From: Nitrospiraceae bacterium
GTDB lineage: Bacteria; Nitrospirota; Nitrospiria; Nitrospirales; Nitrospiraceae
DNA: 64,000 bases
Reading direction: 5' to 3'
Assembly: GCA_050246315.1 (NCBI GenBank)
Contig: JBFWWG010000013.1
Span: 32,001-96,000 of the forward strand
A model generated the notes under the pieces. It had not been told where the DNA came from and ran no database searches. It was given only the letters and a program-made list of their open reading frames with translations. Positions within the stretch are counted from its first letter, which is position 1, and each line of letters starts with the position of its first letter. The translations under genes and the position numbers were made by a program. Positions 28,179-38,730 of the stretch are shown piece by piece.

Positions 28179-29861
28179 ATGGAACGCCTGCGGATGCGGG
28201 GGCAGTGGTCGGAGGTGTTCGGACCGGGCGGGCTGCCTGAGTTCGAACGAATGCTGCCATCGGTCTTGGGGTCTGTCCGATGGTTTGCCGACAAGGCCCG
28301 GGAAATCTACTCCGCGACCGTTCGGGACGCCATCCCGATGGCCCATGGCACGATGCGCTCGTATCTGACGCTGATTGACGTGGAGTTCGCCGATGGGGAG
28401 GCGAAGACGTACGTGGTTCCCTGGTCGTTTTCGCCGAACCGGCTTCCGAGAGCGGATCAGGGAAGCGGACCCTCGCTTGTGGTGGCGCTGGAGTGCGAAG
28501 AAGGAGCGAAGGAATCATCGGGCTTCCTCTATGATGCGATGTGGAACGAAGGATTTGTGTCGGCGTTACTCGACGTGATCCGATCGAACGGGAGGATTGC
28601 GGCCCGTGGAGACTGGATCGTTGGCTCGCGTCCCGACGCCACGGAAGAGACGGAAGGTACGGGAGGGAATATCGGTACGGACTTCTCAGGGGAACGGGCA
28701 AGCTGTCACGTCATAGACGGAGAACAGAGCAACAGCTCGGTCGTGGTGAGCGATCAGGTCATCCTCAAACTGTACCGGCAACTTGGCGAGGGGATCAATC
28801 CGGAGTTGGAAATCGGCCGTGTTCTGACCAAGACGCGATTCACCCACTCGCCGGCGCTGCTCGGCGCGATCGAGTATGTCCGTGTCGATCGGGAGCCGGT
28901 CACGTTGGCCATCCTCCAACGATTCGTCCGAAACCAGGGAGATGCCTGGCGATTCAGTCTCGATGCGGCGTCTGAATGTCTTCATCGGGTGGCCGCGGGC
29001 GGCTTCTCACGGTGTACGGGTCCGTTCGCGGCCCCGCCGCCTCTCGAATGGTCTGAGGGCGACTGTCCCGATGCGGTTCGCGAGTTGATCGGGTCCTATT
29101 GGGAATCCGCAGAACGACTGGGGACTCGGACCGCCGATTTGCATGTTGCGCTGGCCCGGGCCTCCGCCAATGTGAATTTTGCCCCGGAGCCTGCGACCAC
29201 AGAGTACTGGACGATGCGATACGAGTCGCAAGCAAAGCTGATCGAGCGTACGTGCGGATTGCTCCGCGCACGGCGCCGGCTGCTTCCGCTTGGTAGTCGA
29301 AAGGAGGCGGACTGCGTGCTGGAACTGGAGTCGGTCATCCTTGCGCAATTCCGGCACGTGATGGAGCGTGATCCGGAGGCCTGGCGCATTCGCTGTCACG
29401 GCGACTACCACCTCGGCCAGCTCTTACGCTGCGATCACGATTTCATGATCATCGACTTCGAAGGCGAGCCGGCCCGTTCATTGGCCGAGCGGCGGACAAA
29501 GCATCCCGCCGTGCTTGACGTGGCAGGCATGCTCCGGTCCTTGCATTACGTGCCCTATGCGTGCCTGGACCGACTGCCATCTCGGCCGGCGGCGGTGGCA
29601 TCGATTCCGGTTGAGGACCGGGAGGCCTGGGCGGAGTGGTGGTCGGGCTGGACCAGCCTCCAGTTTCTGAAGGCCTACCTTTCCGGCGTCTCCCGGGAAG
29701 AGCTGTGGCCGTCCGATCGGGACGAAGCAAGACGGCTCTTGATCTCGCACCTGCTGGAGAAAGCGGTTTATGAGCTGGCCTACGAACTCAACAACCGTCC
29801 CGCCTGGGTGGGGATTCCGTTGAAGGGCATTCTGAAGACGCTGGAATTTTCTCGCAGGTGA
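28179..29861 (+). CDS. mak: Maltokinase (Mak/Pep2)
   Basis: RWFADK, EQSNSS, GINPELE, RIRCHGDYHLGQ, IDFEGEP, DVAGMLRS, KAVYELAYELNNRP. Confidence 0.9.
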   Translation: MERLRMRGQWSEVFGPGGLPEFERMLPSVLGSVRWFADKAREIYSATVRDAIPMAHGTMRSYLTLIDVEFADGEAKTYVVPWSFSPNRLPRADQGSGPSLVVALECEEGAKESSGFLYDAMWNEGFVSALLDVIRSNGRIAARGDWIVGSRPDATEETEGTGGNIGTDFSGERASCHVIDGEQSNSSVVVSDQVILKLYRQLGEGINPELEIGRVLTKTRFTHSPALLGAIEYVRVDREPVTLAILQRFVRNQGDAWRFSLDAASECLHRVAAGGFSRCTGPFAAPPPLEWSEGDCPDAVRELIGSYWESAERLGTRTADLHVALARASANVNFAPEPATTEYWTMRYESQAKLIERTCGLLRARRRLLPLGSRKEADCVLELESVILAQFRHVMERDPEAWRIRCHGDYHLGQLLRCDHDFMIIDFEGEPARSLAERRTKHPAVLDVAGMLRSLHYVPYACLDRLPSRPAAVASIPVEDREAWAEWWSGWTSLQFLKAYLSGVSREELWPSDRDEARRLLISHLLEKAVYELAYELNNRPAWVGIPLKGILKTLEFSRR

Positions 29862-29935
29862 GGACCTGGCTGGATAGGGAGGCCGAACCGGACCGCGCCA
29901 TGCCACCGTACAAGAGAGGGGAAGGGACCTGAGAT

Positions 29936-31870
29936 ATGACCATGCATCACGCGCAAAATCTGACAATCGGCGAACCTCACCGCTTCACCGAGGATGATCT
30001 CCATCTGTTCAATGAAGGCACGCATTTTCGATTGTTCGACAAATTGGGTGCGCATCCGATCGAGGTGAACGGAGTCACCGGCACCCACTTTTCGGTCTGG
30101 GCTCCCAACGCGGAGTCCGTCGCTGTGATCGGAAATTTCAACGACTGGGACCCTGAACGGCATGCACTCCGACCGTCCGGAAGCTCGGGAATCTGGGCGG
30201 GCGTCGTGCCCGGGGTCGGGAAAGGGACGCTGTACAAGTACCACATCCGCTCCCACCACAACGGGTATCGGGTGGACAAGCCCGATCCTGTATCCTTCTT
30301 CAACGAAATTCCACCGAAGTCGGCCTCGATCGTCTGGGATGTGCACTATGATTGGCAAGACGGCGAATGGATGCGGCACCGCCGCCGGCACAACGCGCTG
30401 GATGCTCCCATCTCGATTTATGAGCTGCATCTGGGATCCTGGCGGCGCGTGCTCGCGGAGGGCAACCGATCGCTGAGCTATCGAGAATTGGCCGTTCCCC
30501 TGGCCGAGTATGTGCGGGACGCCGGCTTCACCCACGTGGAGTTTCTTCCGCTGATGGATCATCCCTTCTTTGGATCATGGGGGTACCAAACGACCGGCTA
30601 CTTTGCGCCATCCGGCTGCTACGGCACGCCGCAGGACCTGATGTTCCTGATCGACATCCTGCATCAGCACGGGATCGGGGTGATTCTGGATTGGGTGCCG
30701 TCCCATTTCCCGACCGATGAGCATGGGCTCGGATTCTTCGACGGGACGCACCTCTACGAACATGCCCATCCGCATCAGGGATACCATCCGGACTGGAACA
30801 CCTACGTCTTCAATTACGGACGGAACGAGATCCGCAGCTTTCTCATCAGCAGCGCGTTGTTTTGGCTGGAGGCGTATCATGCCGACGGCCTGCGTGTGGA
30901 TGCGGTGGCGTCGATGTTGTACCTGGACTATTCACGAAATGAGGGCGAATGGATTCCGAATCAGTACGGCGGGCGGGAGAATCTGGACGCCATCGGATTC
31001 CTCCGTCGGTTGAATGAGGAGATCTACCGGGCGCATCCCGATGTCCAGACCTTCGCCGAGGAATCCACAGACTGGCCGATGGTGTCACGCCCGACCTATA
31101 TGGGCGGACTCGGATTCGGCATGAAATGGGACATGGGTTGGATGCACGACACGCTGGAATATATGCACCTGGACCCTATTTACCGGAAGTTTCATCACAG
31201 CAACCTGACCTTTCGCCTCTTGTATGCATTTCACGAGAATTTCGTGCTGCCCTTGTCGCACGACGAAGTCGTCTATGGAAAAGGCTCGCTCCTGGGGAAG
31301 ATGCCCGGCGATGACTGGCAACGGTTCGCCAATCTTCGGCTCCTCTTCGGCTACATGTTCGCCCAGCCGGCTAAGAAACTCCTGTTTATGGGAGGGGAGT
31401 TCGGGCAATGGGGCGAGTGGGCGCATGACGGCGAGTTGGAATGGTCGCTTTTGCAGGAGTCCTCGCACGCGGGATTGCGGCAATGGGTCGCCGACTTGAA
31501 CCGCGTCTATCGCAACGAGCCGGCTCTGCATGAGCGGGATCTCGACCCGACGGGGTTTGAGTGGATCGATTGTCATGATTCGGAGTCCAGCGCGATCAGC
31601 CTGTTGCGCAAGGGCAAGTCCACGGGGGATCTGGTTGCCGTCGTGTGTAACTTTACCCCGGTGCCGCGGGTGAATTACCGGATCGGCGTGCCGAGGGGAG
31701 GTCAGTGGCGGGAGATCCTGAACAGCGATGCCCGAATCTACGGAGGATCGGGATGGGGCAATCAGGGATCGGTGGATGCCGTGCCCGTTCCGCTCCATGG
31801 GCGTTCTCACTCGCTGACCATGACCCTGCCGGCTTTGTCGGCGCTGTTTCTCAAGAGCGGAAATGGATGA
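29936..31870 (+). CDS. glgB: 1,4-alpha-glucan branching enzyme
   Basis: [55 protein letters not shown]. Confidence 0.97.
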   Translation: MTMHHAQNLTIGEPHRFTEDDLHLFNEGTHFRLFDKLGAHPIEVNGVTGTHFSVWAPNAESVAVIGNFNDWDPERHALRPSGSSGIWAGVVPGVGKGTLYKYHIRSHHNGYRVDKPDPVSFFNEIPPKSASIVWDVHYDWQDGEWMRHRRRHNALDAPISIYELHLGSWRRVLAEGNRSLSYRELAVPLAEYVRDAGFTHVEFLPLMDHPFFGSWGYQTTGYFAPSGCYGTPQDLMFLIDILHQHGIGVILDWVPSHFPTDEHGLGFFDGTHLYEHAHPHQGYHPDWNTYVFNYGRNEIRSFLISSALFWLEAYHADGLRVDAVASMLYLDYSRNEGEWIPNQYGGRENLDAIGFLRRLNEEIYRAHPDVQTFAEESTDWPMVSRPTYMGGLGFGMKWDMGWMHDTLEYMHLDPIYRKFHHSNLTFRLLYAFHENFVLPLSHDEVVYGKGSLLGKMPGDDWQRFANLRLLFGYMFAQPAKKLLFMGGEFGQWGEWAHDGELEWSLLQESSHAGLRQWVADLNRVYRNEPALHERDLDPTGFEWIDCHDSESSAISLLRKGKSTGDLVAVVCNFTPVPRVNYRIGVPRGGQWREILNSDARIYGGSGWGNQGSVDAVPVPLHGRSHSLTMTLPALSALFLKSGNG

Positions 31871-31907
31871 GCGAGGGGGTCGGGTCCGGTCAAGATCCGC
31901 GTCGGAA

Positions 31908-31937
31908 TTGACAGTCATCCCGAAGGCCACGTAAGAT
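31908..31937 (+). promoter_or_regulatory. Putative sigma70 promoter of the uORF/efflux operon
   Basis: TTGACA-N18-TAAGAT, 14 nt upstream of ATG 31952. Confidence 0.6.
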
Positions 31938-31951
31938 GACGCCCGAATCCG

Positions 31952-32257
31952 ATGAGACTTGTGTCGCTGGATCACAGTCGATCGCGAACGCTGCTCGCCG
32001 TCACGGCGTTGTTCTGTGTCGGAATCCTGTGTCTGGGCGCTGCGGCTCAGACTCTGGGAAATCCGATTTCCTATTGGGATGTGGAGCCGGATTACGATTC
32101 GTCGGAGTCGTTGTTCGAAGACGTGCTCAATACCCCACGCGAACTGGTCTTCGCCGATCCAATGTCGGTTCTGCTTCTCGCGGATGCGGGGCCGATTCCA
32201 CGTGTGCTGCTCGACCACTCTCTGTTCCGTCCTCCTTCTCTGTTACCGCTCAGCTAA
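31952..32257 (+). CDS. Small signal-peptide protein ending in LFRPP (candidate regulatory uORF)
   Basis: Hydrophobic N-terminus with two Cys, acidic middle, C-terminal DHSLFRPPS; first gene of the metal-efflux locus. Confidence 0.65.
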   Translation: MRLVSLDHSRSRTLLAVTALFCVGILCLGAAAQTLGNPISYWDVEPDYDSSESLFEDVLNTPRELVFADPMSVLLLADAGPIPRVLLDHSLFRPPSLLPLS

Positions 32258-32418
32258 TCGATCAGCCGGCTGGACGACCCGAGCTTGCCGCAAATCGGCA
32301 GCGGCGCAGCGGTTCCTGCGCGACACGAGCTACCTGGCGAGCGGCTTGCCTCGAGACCGGCGTCCCTTGCGGGGGAACAGGCGTCGAATATCCACGATGC
32401 GTGTAGAGAGAGCACGCG

Positions 32419-32850
32419 ATGAGATTCAGAACAGTCATGGCGGAAGCGCTGTTGCTCAGCCTGTTGGGTTGCGCGAGCGGCGGCCCGCCCGAACCTGCAC
32501 GACCTGTGCGGTACATCCAGATTCGGGATACGATCGAACCTCAGGTGCTCTATGCGACCGTCGGGGACGAAGTGCGGTGGCAGAATCTTCGGTCAGAGCC
32601 GGTGCGGATCAACATGCTTGGTAGTGAAGACTGGACCTCGCCCGGATGCGGCAAGGGGTTCTCCTGGCTGGGGATGGCGCGCGAATTTATTACGATTGAG
32701 CCGAGGGAATATGTCAGCCTCTGCGTGTCGCGCCCCCGCACCCTCCGGTTCAACGTCTGGATGAATGCCGGCGATCTGCGAGGCCAGATCAGTCCGACGG
32801 CGACGATCCGGGTGATGGAGAAGCGAAACGATTCCGGAGGGCCGGGATGA
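32419..32850 (+). CDS. Lipoprotein, possibly cupredoxin-like beta-sandwich
   Basis: Lipobox LLGC; VGDEVRWQNLR, CGKGF and VSLC segments. Confidence 0.7.
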   Translation: MRFRTVMAEALLLSLLGCASGGPPEPARPVRYIQIRDTIEPQVLYATVGDEVRWQNLRSEPVRINMLGSEDWTSPGCGKGFSWLGMAREFITIEPREYVSLCVSRPRTLRFNVWMNAGDLRGQISPTATIRVMEKRNDSGGPG

Positions 32851-32894
32851 CAGATACCTTGTCCGGCCTCCGGTTCTCGCAGAGGAGAAGGAAC

Positions 32895-34148
32895 ATGGCT
32901 CGTTACAGCAGACTGGCGGTTGCACTCTGGGCGGGAATCCAACTCATGTCCGGGTCGGCGCTTCCGGCAGGGGCGGCCGATCTCCCGTCGTATGAACTCG
33001 ACACGGTCATTCAACTCGCCATCGAACGGAACCCGCTCATGACCGAGGCTCAGGGTCTCATCGATCAAACGCAAGGGCAGCAGATTGCAGCCGGAGCCTA
33101 TCCGAATCCGACCCTGTACGGACAAAGCGGGCGGGGCGCCATTCGCGACCCCAGCACGGGAGACTCGATCACCGAGTATGCTGTGAGCGTGGGACAGCCA
33201 TTGGAGTGGCCGGGGAAGCGCGCTGCGCGGCAACGGGCTGCGGACGCGGGGTTTGCCGGAGCCGGAGCCGGGTTCTCGGAGAAGCGGCTGAACCTCATGG
33301 CCGAAGTGAGAATTGCGTTCGACGAGTTGTTGTTCGCCCAGCGCCAGGCCGAACTGGCCGAACAGAACCTCGGTATCGTGGAGGACGTGAAGCGGATTGT
33401 CACGACGAGGGTGAGGTTGGGCGAAGCCCCGCAATTTGAGGCCATCAAGGCGCAGGTGGAGGTGCTGAAGGCCAACCAGGTGGTGACGAGGGCGCGCAAC
33501 ACGGTTCGCGTCACGCGGGTGGCGCTGGATACCCTCACCGCAGGCGCGCTCGGACGGACCTACGCGATCAAGGGCGACTTTCGGCGTGTCCCGGGTGAAC
33601 TCCTCCTTGAGGAGCTGGTGGCAAGCATGCTGAAAAATCATCCCTCGCTCAATCGGTTGGCGAGGCAGGTGGAGCGGGCCGATTACACCGTCGATTTCGA
33701 GCGGCAGGCGCGGGTCCCCAACGTGACCGTCGGCGGAGGCTATTGGAGAGAAATCGGGCGCGAGGCCGTCACGGCCAATCTCAGCGTACCGGTTCCGATC
33801 TGGTACCAGCAGAAGGGTGAAATCGCCAGCGCGCTTGGCATTCGGCGCCAGCAAGAGGCCGAGTTGCTGCGGATGCGCAATGAGCTGCTCCGGGCCGTGA
33901 ATCTGCATTATCAGGACGCGCAAACGACGGCCGACCTGATTCGAGTTTTTGAAGAGGGGCTGTTGAAGCAGGCGGAAGAGGCGTTGCGCATCGCGCAATT
34001 CAGCTTCCGACAAGGCGCCTCGAGCCTGCTCGAAGTGCTCGACGCGCAACGGGTCCAGCGGCAGATTCTCTTCGATTACACGCAGGCCCGGTTCGATTTG
34101 TCCATTTCGCTGACGCGGTTGGAACGGTCGATCGGCGGGTCGCTCTGA
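32895..34148 (+). CDS. czcC: TolC-family outer membrane factor (CzcC-like)
   Basis: Signal peptide, AYPNP, QPLEWPGKR, LSVPVPIW, SLLEVLDAQR; SD GAGGAGAAGG. Confidence 0.9.
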   Translation: MARYSRLAVALWAGIQLMSGSALPAGAADLPSYELDTVIQLAIERNPLMTEAQGLIDQTQGQQIAAGAYPNPTLYGQSGRGAIRDPSTGDSITEYAVSVGQPLEWPGKRAARQRAADAGFAGAGAGFSEKRLNLMAEVRIAFDELLFAQRQAELAEQNLGIVEDVKRIVTTRVRLGEAPQFEAIKAQVEVLKANQVVTRARNTVRVTRVALDTLTAGALGRTYAIKGDFRRVPGELLLEELVASMLKNHPSLNRLARQVERADYTVDFERQARVPNVTVGGGYWREIGREAVTANLSVPVPIWYQQKGEIASALGIRRQQEAELLRMRNELLRAVNLHYQDAQTTADLIRVFEEGLLKQAEEALRIAQFSFRQGASSLLEVLDAQRVQRQILFDYTQARFDLSISLTRLERSIGGSL

Positions 34149-34165
34149 GGGCGAACGGAGACCCT

Positions 34166-35368
34166 ATGACCAACATGGATCGGGTCGCGCGAACGTGGAG
34201 TCTGCGGGCGGTCGTGGCTGCCGGCCTGCTGATGACGGCCGGTTGCGACGCAAAGGGGCCGAATCAGGCCACCGGCGCGGCGGTGGAGGACAAGCCGGTG
34301 CCTCCGGGCGTCATCCGCGTCACCGATGAGGAGATGCAGAGCGCCGGTATCCAGACGGAAGCGGTCGTGCGATCCGATTTCCGCATGGTGCGGACCTTTC
34401 CGGGGACGGTGGTGCCGAACGAGCATGCCCTGGCCAATATCACGACCTTGGTTCGCGGGCGCGTGGTGGACGTGTATGTCGATCTGGGGCAGGAAGTGAA
34501 GTCCGGAGCGCTGTTGGCCATTCTTTACAGCGCGGAACTGGGCATGGCGCAGTCTTCCTATCTTAAGGCCAAGGCCAAACTCTATGTGGCCGAGCGTGCC
34601 TATCAACGGGCGCAGTCCTTGCTCGAAGAAAAGGTGATCGGTCTGGCTGAAGCCCAGCGGCGCGAAGGCGAGATGATCAGCCTGCGGGCGGAAGAGCGGG
34701 AGGCACAGGATCGGTTGCGTCTGCTGGGGATGAGCGATGAACAGATTCAGCAGCTCGACCGCGACCAGAAAATCCGGTCCTATGTGCCGATCACGGCGCC
34801 GTTTGATTCGCGGGTGATCGGTCGAAACCTCACCAAAGGGGAAGTGGTCGAGGTCACGGAAAAGCTCTTTGTCGTGGCCGATCTGTCGGACGTCTGGGTG
34901 CTGGCCAGTATTCCGGAGAAGGATATCCCGTTTATCAAGCATCAGGGTGCTCCCGGTCCGAGCCAGGTGGTTGAGGTGTTGGTCAATGCCTATCCCGATG
35001 AGATCTTCCACGGGAAGGTCACCTATGTCGGAGACGTGTTGGACGCCAGGAGTCGCACGATGAATCTCCGGCTGGAGCTGCCGAACGCCGAGCGGAAACT
35101 CAAGCCGGAAATGTACGCGACGATTCGAGTCTATTCCGCGCCGGAGAAAGACGTGCTGACCGTATCTGAGAGCGCGATCCAGCGCGACCGAGAACGCAAA
35201 TTCGTCTTCGTGCAACGCGATCCCCACACCTTCGAGCTACGCGAAGTCAAGTTGGGCGAATCCGACGGACAGATGGTCAAGGTCCTGGACGGCATCCTTG
35301 AAGGAGAAGCGGTCGTGACCAAGGGCGCCTTCGTCCTCAAGTCTGAGCTGCTCGGGGAACAAATTTAG
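34166..35368 (+). CDS. czcB: RND periplasmic adaptor (CzcB-like)
   Basis: Lipobox TAGC, GQEVKSG, ITAPF, ADLSDVWV, LKPEMY, GEAVVTKGAF. Confidence 0.92.
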   Translation: MTNMDRVARTWSLRAVVAAGLLMTAGCDAKGPNQATGAAVEDKPVPPGVIRVTDEEMQSAGIQTEAVVRSDFRMVRTFPGTVVPNEHALANITTLVRGRVVDVYVDLGQEVKSGALLAILYSAELGMAQSSYLKAKAKLYVAERAYQRAQSLLEEKVIGLAEAQRREGEMISLRAEEREAQDRLRLLGMSDEQIQQLDRDQKIRSYVPITAPFDSRVIGRNLTKGEVVEVTEKLFVVADLSDVWVLASIPEKDIPFIKHQGAPGPSQVVEVLVNAYPDEIFHGKVTYVGDVLDARSRTMNLRLELPNAERKLKPEMYATIRVYSAPEKDVLTVSESAIQRDRERKFVFVQRDPHTFELREVKLGESDGQMVKVLDGILEGEAVVTKGAFVLKSELLGEQI

Positions 35369-35377
35369 CCTCACCAG

Positions 35378-38300
35378 ATGCTGGCCTCCCTGTTAGAACT
35401 CTCGCTTCGTCAGCGGGTGCTGGTCGTCACGCTGGCCAGTGTGCTCACAGCCGGCGGACTGTATGCGTTCCGCACCATCGCCATCGACGCCTTCCCGGAC
35501 GTGACCAACGTTTGGGTGCAGGTCGTGACGAAAGCCCCGGGCCTGTCGCCGGCGGAAGTCGAACGGTTCGTGACATTCCCGCTCGAACTCCAGTTGACCG
35601 GGGCTCCAGGGCTGGTCGAAATCCGCTCGCTCTCCAAAGTCGGTGTGTCGCTGATCGATATCATCTTCGAGGACCGCGTCGATATTTATCTGGCCAGGCA
35701 AGTGGTGCTCGAACGAATCCTCGAAGTGCAGGAGCTGCTGCCGCCCGGGTCCGTCTCCCAACTCGTGCCCAACAGCACCGGCCTTGGGGAGGTCTATCAG
35801 TATTACCTGGAAGGCCCGAGAGACAATGACGAGGGGTATGTGCTGACGGACCAGGAACTGATGGAGCGGCGAACGCTTCAGGATTGGGTGATCAGGCCGC
35901 TCTTGAAAGGCACGCGCGACGTCGTGGAAGTGAATTCGCTGGGCGGGTTCGTCAAGCAATATCAGGTCATGGTGGAACCGGGCTTGTTGAGGAAATACGA
36001 CCTGGCGCTCCATGACGTCTTCGATGCTGTCGCCAAGAACAACGCGAATGCCGGAGGGAATATCCTCGAGAAGGATGCGGAAAAGTACATCGTCCGAGGG
36101 GTCGGGCTGATCAAGGCTCTTGCGGATATCGAAAATATCGTCGTCAAGGAAGTCCACGGGACACCGGTCTACGTGCGCGATGTGGCCCACGTCCGCATCG
36201 GTCATGCGGTGCGGCACGGCGCCGCCGTTCTCAACGGGGATCGGGAGGTTGTGACCGGCATCGTGCTGATGCTTCGGGGCGGCAACGCCCGTGAGGTGGT
36301 GCAGGACGTCAAGGCGAAGGTGGACGCCATTCACAAGATGAATCTCCTTCCCAACGGGCTGCGTATCGTGCCGTTTTACGACCGCATCGAGTTGATCACC
36401 GCGGCGCTGAAGACGGTCTATAAGGCCCTCATGGAAGGCATTGTCCTGGTCGTTGTGATCCTGTTGCTGTTTCTGGGGAATGTGCGCAGCGCCCTGATCG
36501 TGACCGCGACGTTGATCGTCACACCGCTGGTCACCTTCATCGTAATGGATCGGATGGGGTTGACCGCCAATCTGATGTCGCTGGGCGGGCTGGTCATCGC
36601 GATCGGGATGATGGTGGACGGGTCGGTGGTGGTCGTCGAGAACGTCTATCGCCTGATGTCGGAGCACAAGGGCGATGGTCTGGATCGGAAGGCGCTCGTC
36701 ATCCGGGCGGTGCAAGAGGTCGGCCAGCCGGTGATCTTCGGGATTCTCATCATCATTATTGTGTTTCTCCCCATCCTATCCCTGGAAGGGATGGAGGGAA
36801 AAATGTTTCACCCGTTGGCCTATACGATCATGATCGCGCTGTTGGTGTCGCTGGTCCTGTCGCTCACCCTCTCCCCCGTGTTGTGCTCGCTGGTGATGAA
36901 ACAAGGCAGCGAAGAAGACACGTTCCTGATCAGATGGACCAAACGTCTCTACCTGCCGACGCTGCATTGGGCCTTGGGGCATCGGGTGGCGGTCCTGGCT
37001 ACCGCGGTCGGGCTGTTGGTCGCCAGCCTGCTGTTGTTTCCGTTCCTGGGAGGCGAGTTCATTCCGATCCTCAACGAAGCGGCTCTGACGCCCCAGACGA
37101 TCCGGTTGCCGAGCATTTCGCTCCAGAAATCTATTGAGATCGAGAAAGACATGCAAAAAGCGGTGCTGGAGTTCCCGGAAGTGCGGAAGGTCGTGTCCAA
37201 GATAGGACGATCCGAGCTGGGAAACGATCCCCAGGAGCCGAATGCCAGCGACCCGGTGGTCACGCTGAGACCGATGGACGAGTGGACTACGGCGAAAACC
37301 AAACCAGAACTGGACGACGCGATCCGCAAACGGCTGGAACGGGTGCCGGGCGCCAATTTTCTTATGAGCCAGCCCATCCAACAACGGGTTGACGAATTGC
37401 TCTCGGGGGTGCGGTCCGAGGCCACCGTCAAGGTCCTGGGCGAGGATTTGGCCGTGCTGCGCAGCACGGCCGATCGGATTCAAGAAATCATGAAATCGGT
37501 CAAGGGCGTCCAGGATGTGCGCGTGGAACAGTTGTTCGGGCAGGCCTATCTGACCATCGACATCGATCGCGGGAAGATCGCGCGTCACGGCATCAACGTC
37601 GCCCATATCCGGGAGATCATCACGACGGCGATCGGTGCCGAGCCGGCGACGAGAGTCTATGAGGGGCAACGCCGGTTCGATTTGATCCTGCGGTATCCGG
37701 AGCAGTACCGGGACAGCGTGGAGGATATCAGCAACATCCTTCTCACGACCGCATCGGGCGCCTTGATCCCGTTGGGCGACCTCGCCCGGGTCGAACTGAC
37801 GGAAGGGCCGGCGCTGATCAGTCGGGAAGGGCTCAAACGGCGGATCTACATCGGCTTCAACACGTTGGGCCGCGATATCGAGAGCATTGTGGCGGAGGCG
37901 CAGTCCAAGATCGATCGCGGAATCAAGCTGCCTCCCGGCTATCAAATCACGTGGGGCGGCTCGTTCGAGAACATGCAGCGGGCGATGGCCCGATTACGGG
38001 TGATCGTGCCGATCACGATCGGGATCATTTTTGTGCTCCTGTTTGCCTCGTTCAACTCAGTGCGCTATGCCGCATTGATCATCATGAACCTGCCCTTCGC
38101 CATGATCGGAGGAATCGTCGCGCTCTGGGCCACCGGGGAGTATCTGAGCGTGCCCGCGTCCGTCGGATTCATCAATCTGTTCGGCGTCGCGGTCCTCAAC
38201 GGGATCGTGCTTGTGTCCTACATGAACAAGCTCCGTGAGGACGGTTCCGACATCCAGGCTGCGGTCATCAATGGCTGTCTGTTGCGCCTCCGCCCGGTGC

Positions 38301-38557
38301 TGATGACCGCGCTCGTCGCGCTGTTAGGGTTGCTTCCCTTGGCCTTTGCCACGGGTATCGGTTCGGAGGTGCAGCGGCCGTTGGCGACGGTGGTGATCGG
38401 CGGGTTAGTGAGCTCGACGCTGTTGACCCTCATCGTCCTACCGGTGCTATACGGTTGGCTCGATGAAGTGGGGCACGGACGAGGCGCCAAACGCCGGCCA
38501 ACGATGCAGGCGCAGATCGAGGATTCGCACGCTTCCGAAACAGCCGTCCGGCGATAA
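35378..38557 (+). CDS. czcA: Heavy-metal efflux RND transporter (CusA/CzcA family)
   Basis: IDAFPDVT, STGLGEVYQY, LQDWVIRP, AIGMMVDGSVVVVEN, RLRPVLMTA, GSEVQRPLATVVIGG. Confidence 0.95.
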   Translation: MLASLLELSLRQRVLVVTLASVLTAGGLYAFRTIAIDAFPDVTNVWVQVVTKAPGLSPAEVERFVTFPLELQLTGAPGLVEIRSLSKVGVSLIDIIFEDRVDIYLARQVVLERILEVQELLPPGSVSQLVPNSTGLGEVYQYYLEGPRDNDEGYVLTDQELMERRTLQDWVIRPLLKGTRDVVEVNSLGGFVKQYQVMVEPGLLRKYDLALHDVFDAVAKNNANAGGNILEKDAEKYIVRGVGLIKALADIENIVVKEVHGTPVYVRDVAHVRIGHAVRHGAAVLNGDREVVTGIVLMLRGGNAREVVQDVKAKVDAIHKMNLLPNGLRIVPFYDRIELITAALKTVYKALMEGIVLVVVILLLFLGNVRSALIVTATLIVTPLVTFIVMDRMGLTANLMSLGGLVIAIGMMVDGSVVVVENVYRLMSEHKGDGLDRKALVIRAVQEVGQPVIFGILIIIIVFLPILSLEGMEGKMFHPLAYTIMIALLVSLVLSLTLSPVLCSLVMKQGSEEDTFLIRWTKRLYLPTLHWALGHRVAVLATAVGLLVASLLLFPFLGGEFIPILNEAALTPQTIRLPSISLQKSIEIEKDMQKAVLEFPEVRKVVSKIGRSELGNDPQEPNASDPVVTLRPMDEWTTAKTKPELDDAIRKRLERVPGANFLMSQPIQQRVDELLSGVRSEATVKVLGEDLAVLRSTADRIQEIMKSVKGVQDVRVEQLFGQAYLTIDIDRGKIARHGINVAHIREIITTAIGAEPATRVYEGQRRFDLILRYPEQYRDSVEDISNILLTTASGALIPLGDLARVELTEGPALISREGLKRRIYIGFNTLGRDIESIVAEAQSKIDRGIKLPPGYQITWGGSFENMQRAMARLRVIVPITIGIIFVLLFASFNSVRYAALIIMNLPFAMIGGIVALWATGEYLSVPASVGFINLFGVAVLNGIVLVSYMNKLREDGSDIQAAVINGCLLRLRPVLMTALVALLGLLPLAFATGIGSEVQRPLATVVIGGLVSSTLLTLIVLPVLYGWLDEVGHGRGAKRRPTMQAQIEDSHASETAVRR

Positions 38558-38577
38558 CCGCGTCCAGCGCGGTCTTA

Positions 38578-38730
38578 CCTTGCCCGCTGAAAGGCGTGTT
38601 TCGGACGCGCCGGGGTTGAGCGGGTGAGCATGTCGGCTTTCTTGACCATCCTGCACGGGGTTCTGAGATCGTCCGTGATCGCTTGCTGTGCCGGATTTCA
38701 CGGGTGCTCGGAAGGTTTTTCAACAGCCTG
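38578..38730. repeat. Inverted, truncated copy of the 6907 element
   Basis: Reverse complement CAGGCTGTTGAAAAACC...ACGGACGATCTCAGAACCCCGTGCAGGATGGT aligns with 6907-7060. Confidence 0.85.

Noticed and set aside
32258..32418. NiCo (czcD) riboswitch upstream of the efflux genes
   Set aside because: Hairpins are present but I could not match the conserved four-way-junction nucleotides
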